Position numbers and translations under genes: made by a program
Part shown: positions 56,219 to 64,000 of the stretch, piece after piece
How positions within the stretch are numbered: position 1 is the stretch's first letter
Layout of the letters: every line of letters begins with the position of its first letter
Notes under the pieces: model-generated
Database searches by the model: none
Told to the model about the DNA's origin: nothing
The model's input: only the letters and a program-made list of their open reading frames with translations
Virus record (IMG/VR): IMGVR_UViG_3300017971_000186
DNA length: 64,000 nt
Direction: 5' to 3' (one strand)
From: a virus
Taxonomy: Duplodnaviria > Heunggongvirae > Uroviricota > Caudoviricetes

Positions 56219-59200
56219 TTATAGAGGCATCATTTCCATCAACTCTATAGTTCGAAATGTCTTACTAGGAAGAAGCTCTTTAAATGTTTTCTTCCTAAAT
56301 CTCACAACTTTATCATTCAGAAAGCTATAATCACCAGAATAACTCAGAGGATTAGTTAAGTGTATCGGATTTACTAATCTTACTAAAGCATTTGGAAAGT
56401 TATCAGGTGAACCTAATTCGTCATCAGCTATATTGTAATACTCAAAAACTGGTCCTGAAAAGATATGCTCCTCAACATTTAAAGTATCCTTATTGAAAAA
56501 CACTATCTTAATACCATCACTATCATCATCAAGAAACGTAAAGAATTCATCAAAATTGAGTCCTAGCGTAATACCTACACCATCCTGACAATAACCTGGA
56601 AAGACATCATCGTCATCAAGAATCCTAGACCAATCCCAATTTGCCATAGGCATTGTCACAACATTGTTTATGTAATATTTTGTCTCTACTTGAATAGCCG
56701 GACCAGCCGGATACGGACTTACCTGTACAAAACCTGTCACTGGATCAAGACTTAATACAGTCCATAAAACTCCATTTACCCTAACTTCTATATCACTAAT
56801 CGTTGCCGGATTACCATTAATATCTATAACAGGTAAAGCAGGAAAGCTAATTGTATCACCATTATACGTATATGGAAATGTTGCAGGTAAGTAATATTCA
56901 GGAGTAGCACTACTATCAGTATTAAAGGTATAAGTATATTCGCCAACACCAGTAGATTCCAATTCCCTAAGAATAAAACTTTCGCGTAAATTCATTCCAG
57001 GTACTCTGACATTTGGTACACCCTGATAAAATCCCGGGACTGTAACTTCAACATCATCGACCTGAACAGAATCAAATAAAATCCACGGAGGACATTCTTC
57101 TAAAGGCGGTATATCATCACCATCAATACGTATTCTAAATTCTACCCGTTCTGAATCACATATAGAACTTAAAGGTATGTCTTCATTACCTTCTTGGAAC
57201 TCTTTCAGTAGTAAATCAGAATAAAGTAGTAAACGATGATTTGTTCTTATATCTTGTAATTTTCTACTGTTAACCAATCCTGGATGATATGACCATGTCT
57301 TTTGAAAAGGAGGAGTACCTACATTTAATTTCAGAATCGGGTCTAATCCATTTTCAAGATAAGAATCATCTAAATAATCATATGCCGTAGTATCATAAAG
57401 AAATTCAGGTGAAAAGAAAATATTAAAATGATTTATAGTATTAGCCTGATTTATTATAGAAGCACGAGTAGCAGGTTTCTGAAAAGTATTTAATTGTAAC
57501 GTATCAGGAGAATTTAATACCGAACTATGATGTAATAAATAACCCCGATAACGATAACCTATTACTGCAGTTGCATCTGGTGTTATAGGAGCTGTTTCAG
57601 GATTTTGGTTTAATTCTCCGTCGAAAACAATACCATAAGTTGAATTCGGACCTATATAAGTATCAAAAGTTCTACCCAATTCATCAAAAAGACAAGAATA
57701 TTGATATTTCTTACCATAAAAGAAACTAAATAAAAACTCATCTCCTACCTGAGGTAAACGTCCTAATTCAGAACTATTCCAAAAGCTCGAAAGTTGATTA
57801 ACTGTTACATGCCCTAATAAAGCATTTACATCTGTTATTGCATTACTTATTACTGTACCATCTACAGATAATGTTACATCACTTGTATCCGCAAGAATAC
57901 CCGTACTATCACCTTCTACAAGAGGAGCATTTGGCATCTGCCAGCTACCCACTCCATAGACATATATAGATGATGTATCATAATTAGTACTATCCTGAAG
58001 ATAAGAATAATCAAATTGGAACTCTTCCCCAGGAATAGGAAAAGTTAATGCTGTATTATCCCAATATTCATGGTCCTCACTTAATTGCACTTTCCCGGAA
58101 CTAGCATCGACATATACTACCGGTTGAGGAGGTAAAGAACTTCCATCTAACATCACAGAAACATCTGAAACTGTAGCTGGATTACTCGATCCATCAGTTA
58201 AGGGAGTGTTTTCCATGAAAAAAGCAAATTCATTTCCAGGCAGAGCTGTCTGGTTTGTACCATAAGGATTGGCAAAATGACCACTTCCCATTCTGATGTT
58301 AAGAGTAGAAGAATAATCTTTAGACTGGACACTTCCACTGGAACAATTTGTTCTTAAATCTTCATAATAAGGCTGAAGAGCATCTGTTACCCAACGATCA
58401 CAAACGGTCGTTTCAGTTGTTCTTATCTGAAGAGGAAATCTCCCCTTAGAATCCATATGTTTTTTTACATATTCCTGGAATATGGGAAGTCTGTAATAAT
58501 CTCTATAGAACTGTGAACTCCATGTAGGAAACAAACCTACAGGATACCACCAGAATTGAAAATTACCAGGTATAATTTGATAATTTATTTTTACATGATC
58601 ACCTATTTCAAGAGAGCTAAAACTAATCTGACGACCATTTACATCAAAAATCTGTGTTCCCTGAGTACCTGGTTCAGTTAATACTCTGGTGCCATCTTCC
58701 AAATAAAAAAGGTAATCCCAATGATGAATGGAATCTATTCGACCTGTTGCTCCTTCACTAGTAGGAAGGACAAATACCTGCAACGCCATAAGCGTTGTTT
58801 CATCAAAAGGGTCAAAAATATAAAGAGGGACACAACCACCACCGGTATCACCAAAATAGATATCTGTTGTCTTATTTACATCAATGGTCTCAGTCCATAT
58901 CAATCGTGTATCATATAAAACATGCGCTGGCCGCACTAAATTAATGTAAAAATCTAAATCATTTAATAATGAAGTTATATTATAACCAGCAGGTAATTGA
59001 CCAGGTATCAATGCTTCAACAACCATGTAATTTGTGTCAGTGACATCAAGAGATGTATCAGGATTCCTTAATTCCCTATACAACTCTTTTATGATAACTT
59101 CCTGACCTGTAAACTGACTGGCTAATGCTTCAATATCATCAACCCGCGATCCCCGCAAATAAGTGTTTTTAATCGCTATTAAAAATTCTCTATATGTCTG

Positions 59201-59533
59201 GTCATTGTAACCAAGAGGAGCTATTCTATTGCCTAAAAAAAGCCTCTCACCAAGAATCTGATGAAGATACTCTGGTCTTGTCGTAGTGTATTGAGAATCT
59301 CTTGATATATCATCATTAGAGATTCTTATTCGAGACAGCTCCCGAGCATTAAAACGATGGAATAAAGCAAGATTACTACTATAGGGATCTTTAGGGTAAT
59401 TAGAAGGCAATAACGTTCGCATCTCAAGGAGACGTTGCTCAGCGAGATTTTTTAAATTACGACGATCACTTTTAGCATCATGGAATCGGCGTCTTCCGAG
59501 TTCTTCTGAATCTGGTAGATATATTTGAGTCAT
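56219..59533 (-). CDS. large structural protein (1104 aa)
   Basis: Long ORF, beta-rich composition. Divergent AT-rich promoter region upstream (59534-59721). Confidence 0.5.
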   Translation of the reverse strand: MTQIYLPDSEELGRRRFHDAKSDRRNLKNLAEQRLLEMRTLLPSNYPKDPYSSNLALFHRFNARELSRIRISNDDISRDSQYTTTRPEYLHQILGERLFLGNRIAPLGYNDQTYREFLIAIKNTYLRGSRVDDIEALASQFTGQEVIIKELYRELRNPDTSLDVTDTNYMVVEALIPGQLPAGYNITSLLNDLDFYINLVRPAHVLYDTRLIWTETIDVNKTTDIYFGDTGGGCVPLYIFDPFDETTLMALQVFVLPTSEGATGRIDSIHHWDYLFYLEDGTRVLTEPGTQGTQIFDVNGRQISFSSLEIGDHVKINYQIIPGNFQFWWYPVGLFPTWSSQFYRDYYRLPIFQEYVKKHMDSKGRFPLQIRTTETTVCDRWVTDALQPYYEDLRTNCSSGSVQSKDYSSTLNIRMGSGHFANPYGTNQTALPGNEFAFFMENTPLTDGSSNPATVSDVSVMLDGSSLPPQPVVYVDASSGKVQLSEDHEYWDNTALTFPIPGEEFQFDYSYLQDSTNYDTSSIYVYGVGSWQMPNAPLVEGDSTGILADTSDVTLSVDGTVISNAITDVNALLGHVTVNQLSSFWNSSELGRLPQVGDEFLFSFFYGKKYQYSCLFDELGRTFDTYIGPNSTYGIVFDGELNQNPETAPITPDATAVIGYRYRGYLLHHSSVLNSPDTLQLNTFQKPATRASIINQANTINHFNIFFSPEFLYDTTAYDYLDDSYLENGLDPILKLNVGTPPFQKTWSYHPGLVNSRKLQDIRTNHRLLLYSDLLLKEFQEGNEDIPLSSICDSERVEFRIRIDGDDIPPLEECPPWILFDSVQVDDVEVTVPGFYQGVPNVRVPGMNLRESFILRELESTGVGEYTYTFNTDSSATPEYYLPATFPYTYNGDTISFPALPVIDINGNPATISDIEVRVNGVLWTVLSLDPVTGFVQVSPYPAGPAIQVETKYYINNVVTMPMANWDWSRILDDDDVFPGYCQDGVGITLGLNFDEFFTFLDDDSDGIKIVFFNKDTLNVEEHIFSGPVFEYYNIADDELGSPDNFPNALVRLVNPIHLTNPLSYSGDYSFLNDKVVRFRKKTFKELLPSKTFRTIELMEMMPL

Positions 59534-59721
59534 AAATATATCTCAAGTATTAAAAGAAAATTATAATTGATAAATTTTTATTAAAGATGGCCTTCGCGAG
59601 GTATTATTCTTTTTACTGAAGTATTTGATTGGTTTAAAATGTTTTTTCTCTTGCTCAATGGTAAATCTAATAATATATTATAAAAAATATATAAATAATA
59701 TTAACAAAAAGGAAAATATAA

Positions 59722-60117
59722 ATGGAATACTCAAGACCTTTTGATGATGGTTGGCTTGATGAAGTCATAAAAAATGAAAAAGAATTTGTATGTGATCAAA
59801 TAAAGGAATGTTTTGGTGAGGATGACGATTACGAAGAAATTATTAATGCTTTTGTAGAGAAATCCTTAGAAAGTTTAGCAATTAAAATGAAAGTACGTTT
59901 TGAAAACAGTTTCAATAAAGCTGTAGAAGAATTAAAACAATTACATCATGAAAAAGAAAAGGCACTAAAAGATGAATGTACTGAAACTGTTCTGGATGCT
60001 CAAAATGAATATTGTGAGAAATTACAGCAATTAAACAGTACAATAATAAAAGAATTATTGCCTACTATAACCCAGAAAATTCCTGATTTTAAAAAAGATC
60101 TTTTAAGTAAATATTAA
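59722..60117 (+). CDS. Hypothetical acidic protein. It is the only plus-strand gene inside the structural block.
   Basis: 131 aa. AAAGGAAAATATAA RBS. Confidence 0.4.
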   Translation: MEYSRPFDDGWLDEVIKNEKEFVCDQIKECFGEDDDYEEIINAFVEKSLESLAIKMKVRFENSFNKAVEELKQLHHEKEKALKDECTETVLDAQNEYCEKLQQLNSTIIKELLPTITQKIPDFKKDLLSKY

Positions 60118-60488
60118 ATCTGGTTATATTTATACAAACTTACATCCGATGCATCTTTGTAAAAGGTAAAGAGTCCCAAAGGATATTCATCAGCATAATG
60201 GCCACTGGCATTAGTAGGAAGAGCAGGGATATCTATTGATAATGCTGAACTGGTAACATCAGATCTCGATTGAGTCATATCAGCTACGTCACCAACATTC
60301 TGCAAATATAATAAAGTATTCTGATAAGAAAAAGTTTCCACTCCAAAATTGGTAATATTGTCAAATAAAACCCGTGATCCATCAAACTTTAATAATTTGC
60401 TTCCAACTCTGGCAGTACCAGGAAGAACACTTAACGTAGTATCTGATACTTCAAATCCAAAATTATTAAATCCTGTAGTTGTTAACAT
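60114..60488 (-). CDS. small structural-module protein
   Basis: 124 aa. Confidence 0.35.
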   Translation of the reverse strand: MLTTTGFNNFGFEVSDTTLSVLPGTARVGSKLLKFDGSRVLFDNITNFGVETFSYQNTLLYLQNVGDVADMTQSRSDVTSSALSIDIPALPTNASGHYADEYPLGLFTFYKDASDVSLYKYNQI

Positions 60489-60500
60489 ATTTAAAATCCT

Positions 60501-63500
60501 TTACTTTCTTACCAATGGCTTATTCGGTAATCGGTAGATCCCGATAACATTACCACTTCCTGTTTCACAACCTGTGTAATTTTCTAAATCAGTAAGGCTA
60601 TCTCTGGAAATTATTATAAGAACATATTCACCTCGTAATAATTGAGTAGAGTTCTCTTTTACTCTTCCTATAGTAGCGATAAATATCTTTCTCGGTATTC
60701 CAATTTTTATACCTTCTGTTCTGAAGGCAAATTCTGTATCACATGTACTATAAAAAGTACGTAACAACTCATCAGTAGTTAAACTTGAAAAAGTTAACTC
60801 TTCCCCAAAAGAACCAGGAACAATAGTAGGCATCTGAACAAACCCACTATCTACTGAGAAATTAGAAAATCTAAATAGATCTAAATTATAAAATTCATTA
60901 TCATCAATAATAGAGCTATTATTTACAGGGATACTATCAATAGGGAAACTATAAGGTTCCTTATCTACAAGACTGCCTCCAGTACCTAAATTTGATATAT
61001 AAATACTTGTAGGATTAGTAACCATCCCTACTATTAAACTGGAAGGAAGATTTGTAGGAGTTTGACTCGGAATAAAATTATAAGCTATCTGTAATCCATC
61101 ATCAGCATCAGTGCCATAAATTAAATTAGCCTGTTTTATTAAAGCCTGTATCTTGACACTAGTTGGTGATATAGGAGTAGCGAAATTTACTGTTAAAGTC
61201 GTGGTATTAAATCCTGTCACTGTTACTGGAGTAAGAACATCTCCCGCTCCAACATCAACCCAAGCAAAATGATCAGTTAAACTATTCACAGTTTCTGTTG
61301 TACTTATACCAAGAAATACCCCAGAAGCTGTGGAGATTTGACCACTATCAGCATCGAGGCTAGTAAACTGAACACTTGATATAGACCCAGGAGGAAATGA
61401 AGTTATTTTTAAACGAGATGAATAAGCAAATGGGCTTATTTTTTTCTCACCCTGAGTAAAATTAACACTTGCACCATTTCTGGTATAAGAATTACCGGTA
61501 GCTGCCAATGCCATACCCACAATTTCAATGACATTACCTTCGATAAAGGGGAAACCAGAAGCACTGTCAATATAAATGGCATCTGTGATTACAATATCAT
61601 CTATCTTAAAACTAAAACCAGAAGTGATATTATTTATTTCACTGACACAGTAAAGATTATAATAAGAAGTCGTATCTGCAACATCAGGATAAACTTCCTG
61701 ACTTATCTTAATCTGATTAATACTTTGTATTTCAGTACTAGTTAGTCTTATATATAAATGTACCTCAATCGAAGAAGCTCGGGCTTCCTGTGCAGTACTT
61801 CCTGCCTCTATAACAGGATAGGCTAGAGTATAACTCGGATATCCTGAAATACCTGAATCCCATTCTTCAATCTTTCTACCAGAAGTTTCACTGGTAAATA
61901 CTCCTCTATAGAAAAAAGAAGGTTCACTTACCGTTCCTGTATTTTCTACTAGCTGAGGAGTAGAAGGAATTTTACTCAATGACTTAGGACTAAATATTAC
62001 ATAATGAGCCACAATATCATAACTGACTAAATTAGTGTCTTCATTTGTAGTGTTTACTTTTGCACTAAAATTAAACGTTACTGAATTTGTACCTATACCA
62101 GTAAATTCTCCCGGAATAGGTTTCCCATCATATGTGGCACTATTACTTACATAACGAGCTGTATAATAAATAGAATTAGGATGAAATAATCCCCGAGTTC
62201 CTACTGGAATACTTAATGTCACATCAAAAGGTAAAGAAGTAGATGCAGGAACACTTTGAGATATTGTACTCGTTGTTGTAATTGATGTGACTTGTCCCGA
62301 AACAGCCTCGCTCAATGTAGCATCAATTTCAGTACCAGAACCATGCGCGATATAATCCAATTGTAAAGGCTCAACAGAATAACTATCACCACCAGTGGTT
62401 TGTCTGAAAAATCGAGTTTTTAACTGATTATTCATAAGGGCATCAAAACTACTATTTAGTAATTCAGTCACTGAAGGGATAAATATTTGTCTCCTGACAT
62501 CAAGAATATCCTGATCTACAACATCAACACCGGTCAAAAGATCAGGTCGGATATTTGAAGTACCTTTAGCATTAGAACCATTTGTATTATTGGCAGCATT
62601 AAAAGTAGTGCTATTTCTTCTATTGACAAAAAACATTGGGATAGCCCATGCGTACCCATCTACTGTATTAGAGCATTTCGCTTGCCATAAACCATAATCA
62701 CCTGTCGTAGAACCCATGTTCTGATAAGCAAATGATCCTGTAGCATTTGGCCCTAGAGCCACAATACCCGCTGAGCCTAGCCCCGCATCCGGATATGAAA
62801 AGGGATCAACATTTTCTATAACTCTTATTTTATATTGAATTTGAACTCTTTTTGTCGTTTCTATGTTTGTGTCAGGATGGATCATTTCATCATCCAAAAA
62901 GATAACAGTATCTACATTACCTTCATTATAAACCCGTTGCACCCTTCGAGAAACGGTATCACTGATTTGAGTAGTCCATGTAGTACCACCATCTTCAGTA
63001 TGTCGCATCACTGAAAATGCTCCAGCTACCCATCCCTTATTTTGATCAACAAAACTTACACCATTTAAATCATAGCTGGTATTTGGAGTTTGTTGATTCC
63101 AATTAGCACCAATGTCTGGACTCATCAACACTGTTCCAGATGCCCCTGTAATCCATGCCCTACCCGTAAAAATATCAGGGCTGACTTTATGCCAATAAGA
63201 GACAAGGACTGTATCACATGCTTGAGGAGCCTGATTAAGAATAATTTGACCTGTAGTTCCATCAATGCTATCTATAAGAACAGAAGTACCATTTACAGTT
63301 ACAACAGTACTTAAATTACCCTCACCATCGACATCAGCAGGGCTATTCGTTGTTGTACCTAACCCATCACCTTTAGTCATAGGAACATTCACTACAGTAC
63401 AATTTTTATTTGAACCTGTAAATTGGGAAGTTACCTCTTCATTGGTCACGTGGATATCAAGAGAAGGGGCCATTGTGACATCAGTGTAATTCACTGAAAG

Positions 63501-64000
63501 ACTTGTATAACCAGAACCAGTGTATATGTTACCAGATTGATCAACCCAGGACAGCCCACCATCAGATGATCTTAAAATTGTACCATTATCACCAACAGCA
63601 AAACCAAAATTTAAATCATAGAAAAAGACAGCGTTTAAATTTTCTGTGGTACCACTTGTTAATGTTATCCAATTGGATCCACCATCAGTGGTTTTTATTA
63701 TAGTACCATTATCTCCTACTGCCCATCCTACTAAACTATCATAGAAATAAATATCATTAAGATTTGCTGTAACATTACTATTTTGAGCCGACCAGTTAAC
63801 TCCATTGACGGTTTTAAGAATAATACCACCATCACCAGCAACCCAAGCAATTAGATGTGTAGCTGCATGAATCCCATTGAAATTCTCAGTATAGCCACTC
63901 TGTAATACGAGCCAAGTTACACCACCAGATGAAGTTCTACCTATGGCACCATTATCACCGGCTACCCAACCTACTGTTGTATTTATAAAATGAACATCAT
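60501..64000 (-). CDS. Large structural protein with N-terminal BNR/Ycf48-like beta-propeller repeats. It is 5'-truncated by the window edge.
   Basis: The reading frame stays open upstream of the track's GTG 'start' at 63494, all the way to 64000. Repeats of type 'GW.VGDNGTI.KTTDGG..W' and 'HTEDGGTTWT'. Central region paralogous to 51528..54581. Confidence 0.5.
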   Translation of the reverse strand, partial: DVHFINTTVGWVAGDNGAIGRTSSGGVTWLVLQSGYTENFNGIHAATHLIAWVAGDGGIILKTVNGVNWSAQNSNVTANLNDIYFYDSLVGWAVGDNGTIIKTTDGGSNWITLTSGTTENLNAVFFYDLNFGFAVGDNGTILRSSDGGLSWVDQSGNIYTGSGYTSLSVNYTDVTMAPSLDIHVTNEEVTSQFTGSNKNCTVVNVPMTKGDGLGTTTNSPADVDGEGNLSTVVTVNGTSVLIDSIDGTTGQIILNQAPQACDTVLVSYWHKVSPDIFTGRAWITGASGTVLMSPDIGANWNQQTPNTSYDLNGVSFVDQNKGWVAGAFSVMRHTEDGGTTWTTQISDTVSRRVQRVYNEGNVDTVIFLDDEMIHPDTNIETTKRVQIQYKIRVIENVDPFSYPDAGLGSAGIVALGPNATGSFAYQNMGSTTGDYGLWQAKCSNTVDGYAWAIPMFFVNRRNSTTFNAANNTNGSNAKGTSNIRPDLLTGVDVVDQDILDVRRQIFIPSVTELLNSSFDALMNNQLKTRFFRQTTGGDSYSVEPLQLDYIAHGSGTEIDATLSEAVSGQVTSITTTSTISQSVPASTSLPFDVTLSIPVGTRGLFHPNSIYYTARYVSNSATYDGKPIPGEFTGIGTNSVTFNFSAKVNTTNEDTNLVSYDIVAHYVIFSPKSLSKIPSTPQLVENTGTVSEPSFFYRGVFTSETSGRKIEEWDSGISGYPSYTLAYPVIEAGSTAQEARASSIEVHLYIRLTSTEIQSINQIKISQEVYPDVADTTSYYNLYCVSEINNITSGFSFKIDDIVITDAIYIDSASGFPFIEGNVIEIVGMALAATGNSYTRNGASVNFTQGEKKISPFAYSSRLKITSFPPGSISSVQFTSLDADSGQISTASGVFLGISTTETVNSLTDHFAWVDVGAGDVLTPVTVTGFNTTTLTVNFATPISPTSVKIQALIKQANLIYGTDADDGLQIAYNFIPSQTPTNLPSSLIVGMVTNPTSIYISNLGTGGSLVDKEPYSFPIDSIPVNNSSIIDDNEFYNLDLFRFSNFSVDSGFVQMPTIVPGSFGEELTFSSLTTDELLRTFYSTCDTEFAFRTEGIKIGIPRKIFIATIGRVKENSTQLLRGEYVLIIISRDSLTDLENYTGCETGSGNVIGIYRLPNKPLVRK

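Noticed and set aside
1-64000. Possibility of an alternative genetic code (TAG or TGA recoding as in some megaphages).
   Set aside because: Genes tile cleanly with standard stops. TAG, TGA and TAA all terminate ORFs at positions with downstream RBS and start coupling, so there is no sign of in-frame stop read-through.
1-64000. CRISPR arrays or integrase/att sites.
   Set aside because: No spaced direct-repeat arrays and no tyrosine or serine recombinase motifs were seen. The only tandem DNA repeat is the coding 30-mer at 33568..33657.

Overview
The window is AT-rich (roughly 30% GC by eye) and tightly packed, with frequent ATGA/TGATG stop-start overlaps. Start codons are preceded by GGAGG-type Shine-Dalgarno sites, several of them GTG/TTG, and the standard genetic code fits. 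It reads like part of a large bacteriophage or other virus-like element of an SD-using, AT-rich bacterial host, not a core chromosome. It falls into four blocks.

(1) 1-22.7 kb, plus strand. About 45 mostly small early-type genes: many Zn-ribbon mini-proteins, a beta-class amino-DNA methyltransferase, a DprA/Smf-like protein and a stand-alone topoisomerase-type Zn ribbon. These are followed by a MaoC hotdog protein, a NodC/HasA-like processive GT2 synthase, two coiled-coil envelope-type proteins and a 1376-aa secreted giant protein.

(2) 23.3-41.9 kb, minus strand. This block holds a TIGR02147-like protein, lipoproteins, and a tandem family of at least 8 proteins that share only a conserved N-terminal 'M-x-R-[YF]-D-I-I-L-[NG]-K-K' leader followed by a Pro/Lys linker. 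It also has an XRE HTH regulator, an HNH endonuclease, a full-length major vault protein (MVP) homolog, a NADAR (YbiA) protein with 30-bp coding tandem repeats, an AAA ATPase, a GT2 glycosyltransferase and a sigma-70 family factor.

(3) 42.1-50.4 kb, minus strand. Replication module: a family A DNA polymerase interrupted by a LAGLIDADG intein, a DnaG-type zinc-binding domain protein, a DnaB-like helicase and an SNF2 ATPase.

(4) 50.5-64 kb, minus strand. Very large Thr/Ser/Gly-rich structural proteins. Two of them are paralogs, and one carries BNR/Ycf48-like beta-propeller repeats and runs off the window end.

The most unusual signals are the MVP homolog embedded in a cluster of proteins sharing an N-terminal leader peptide (a possible cargo-targeting or packaging tag), and the NodC/HasA-like polysaccharide synthase module. 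All homology calls come from motif recognition by eye and from memory, not from searches.
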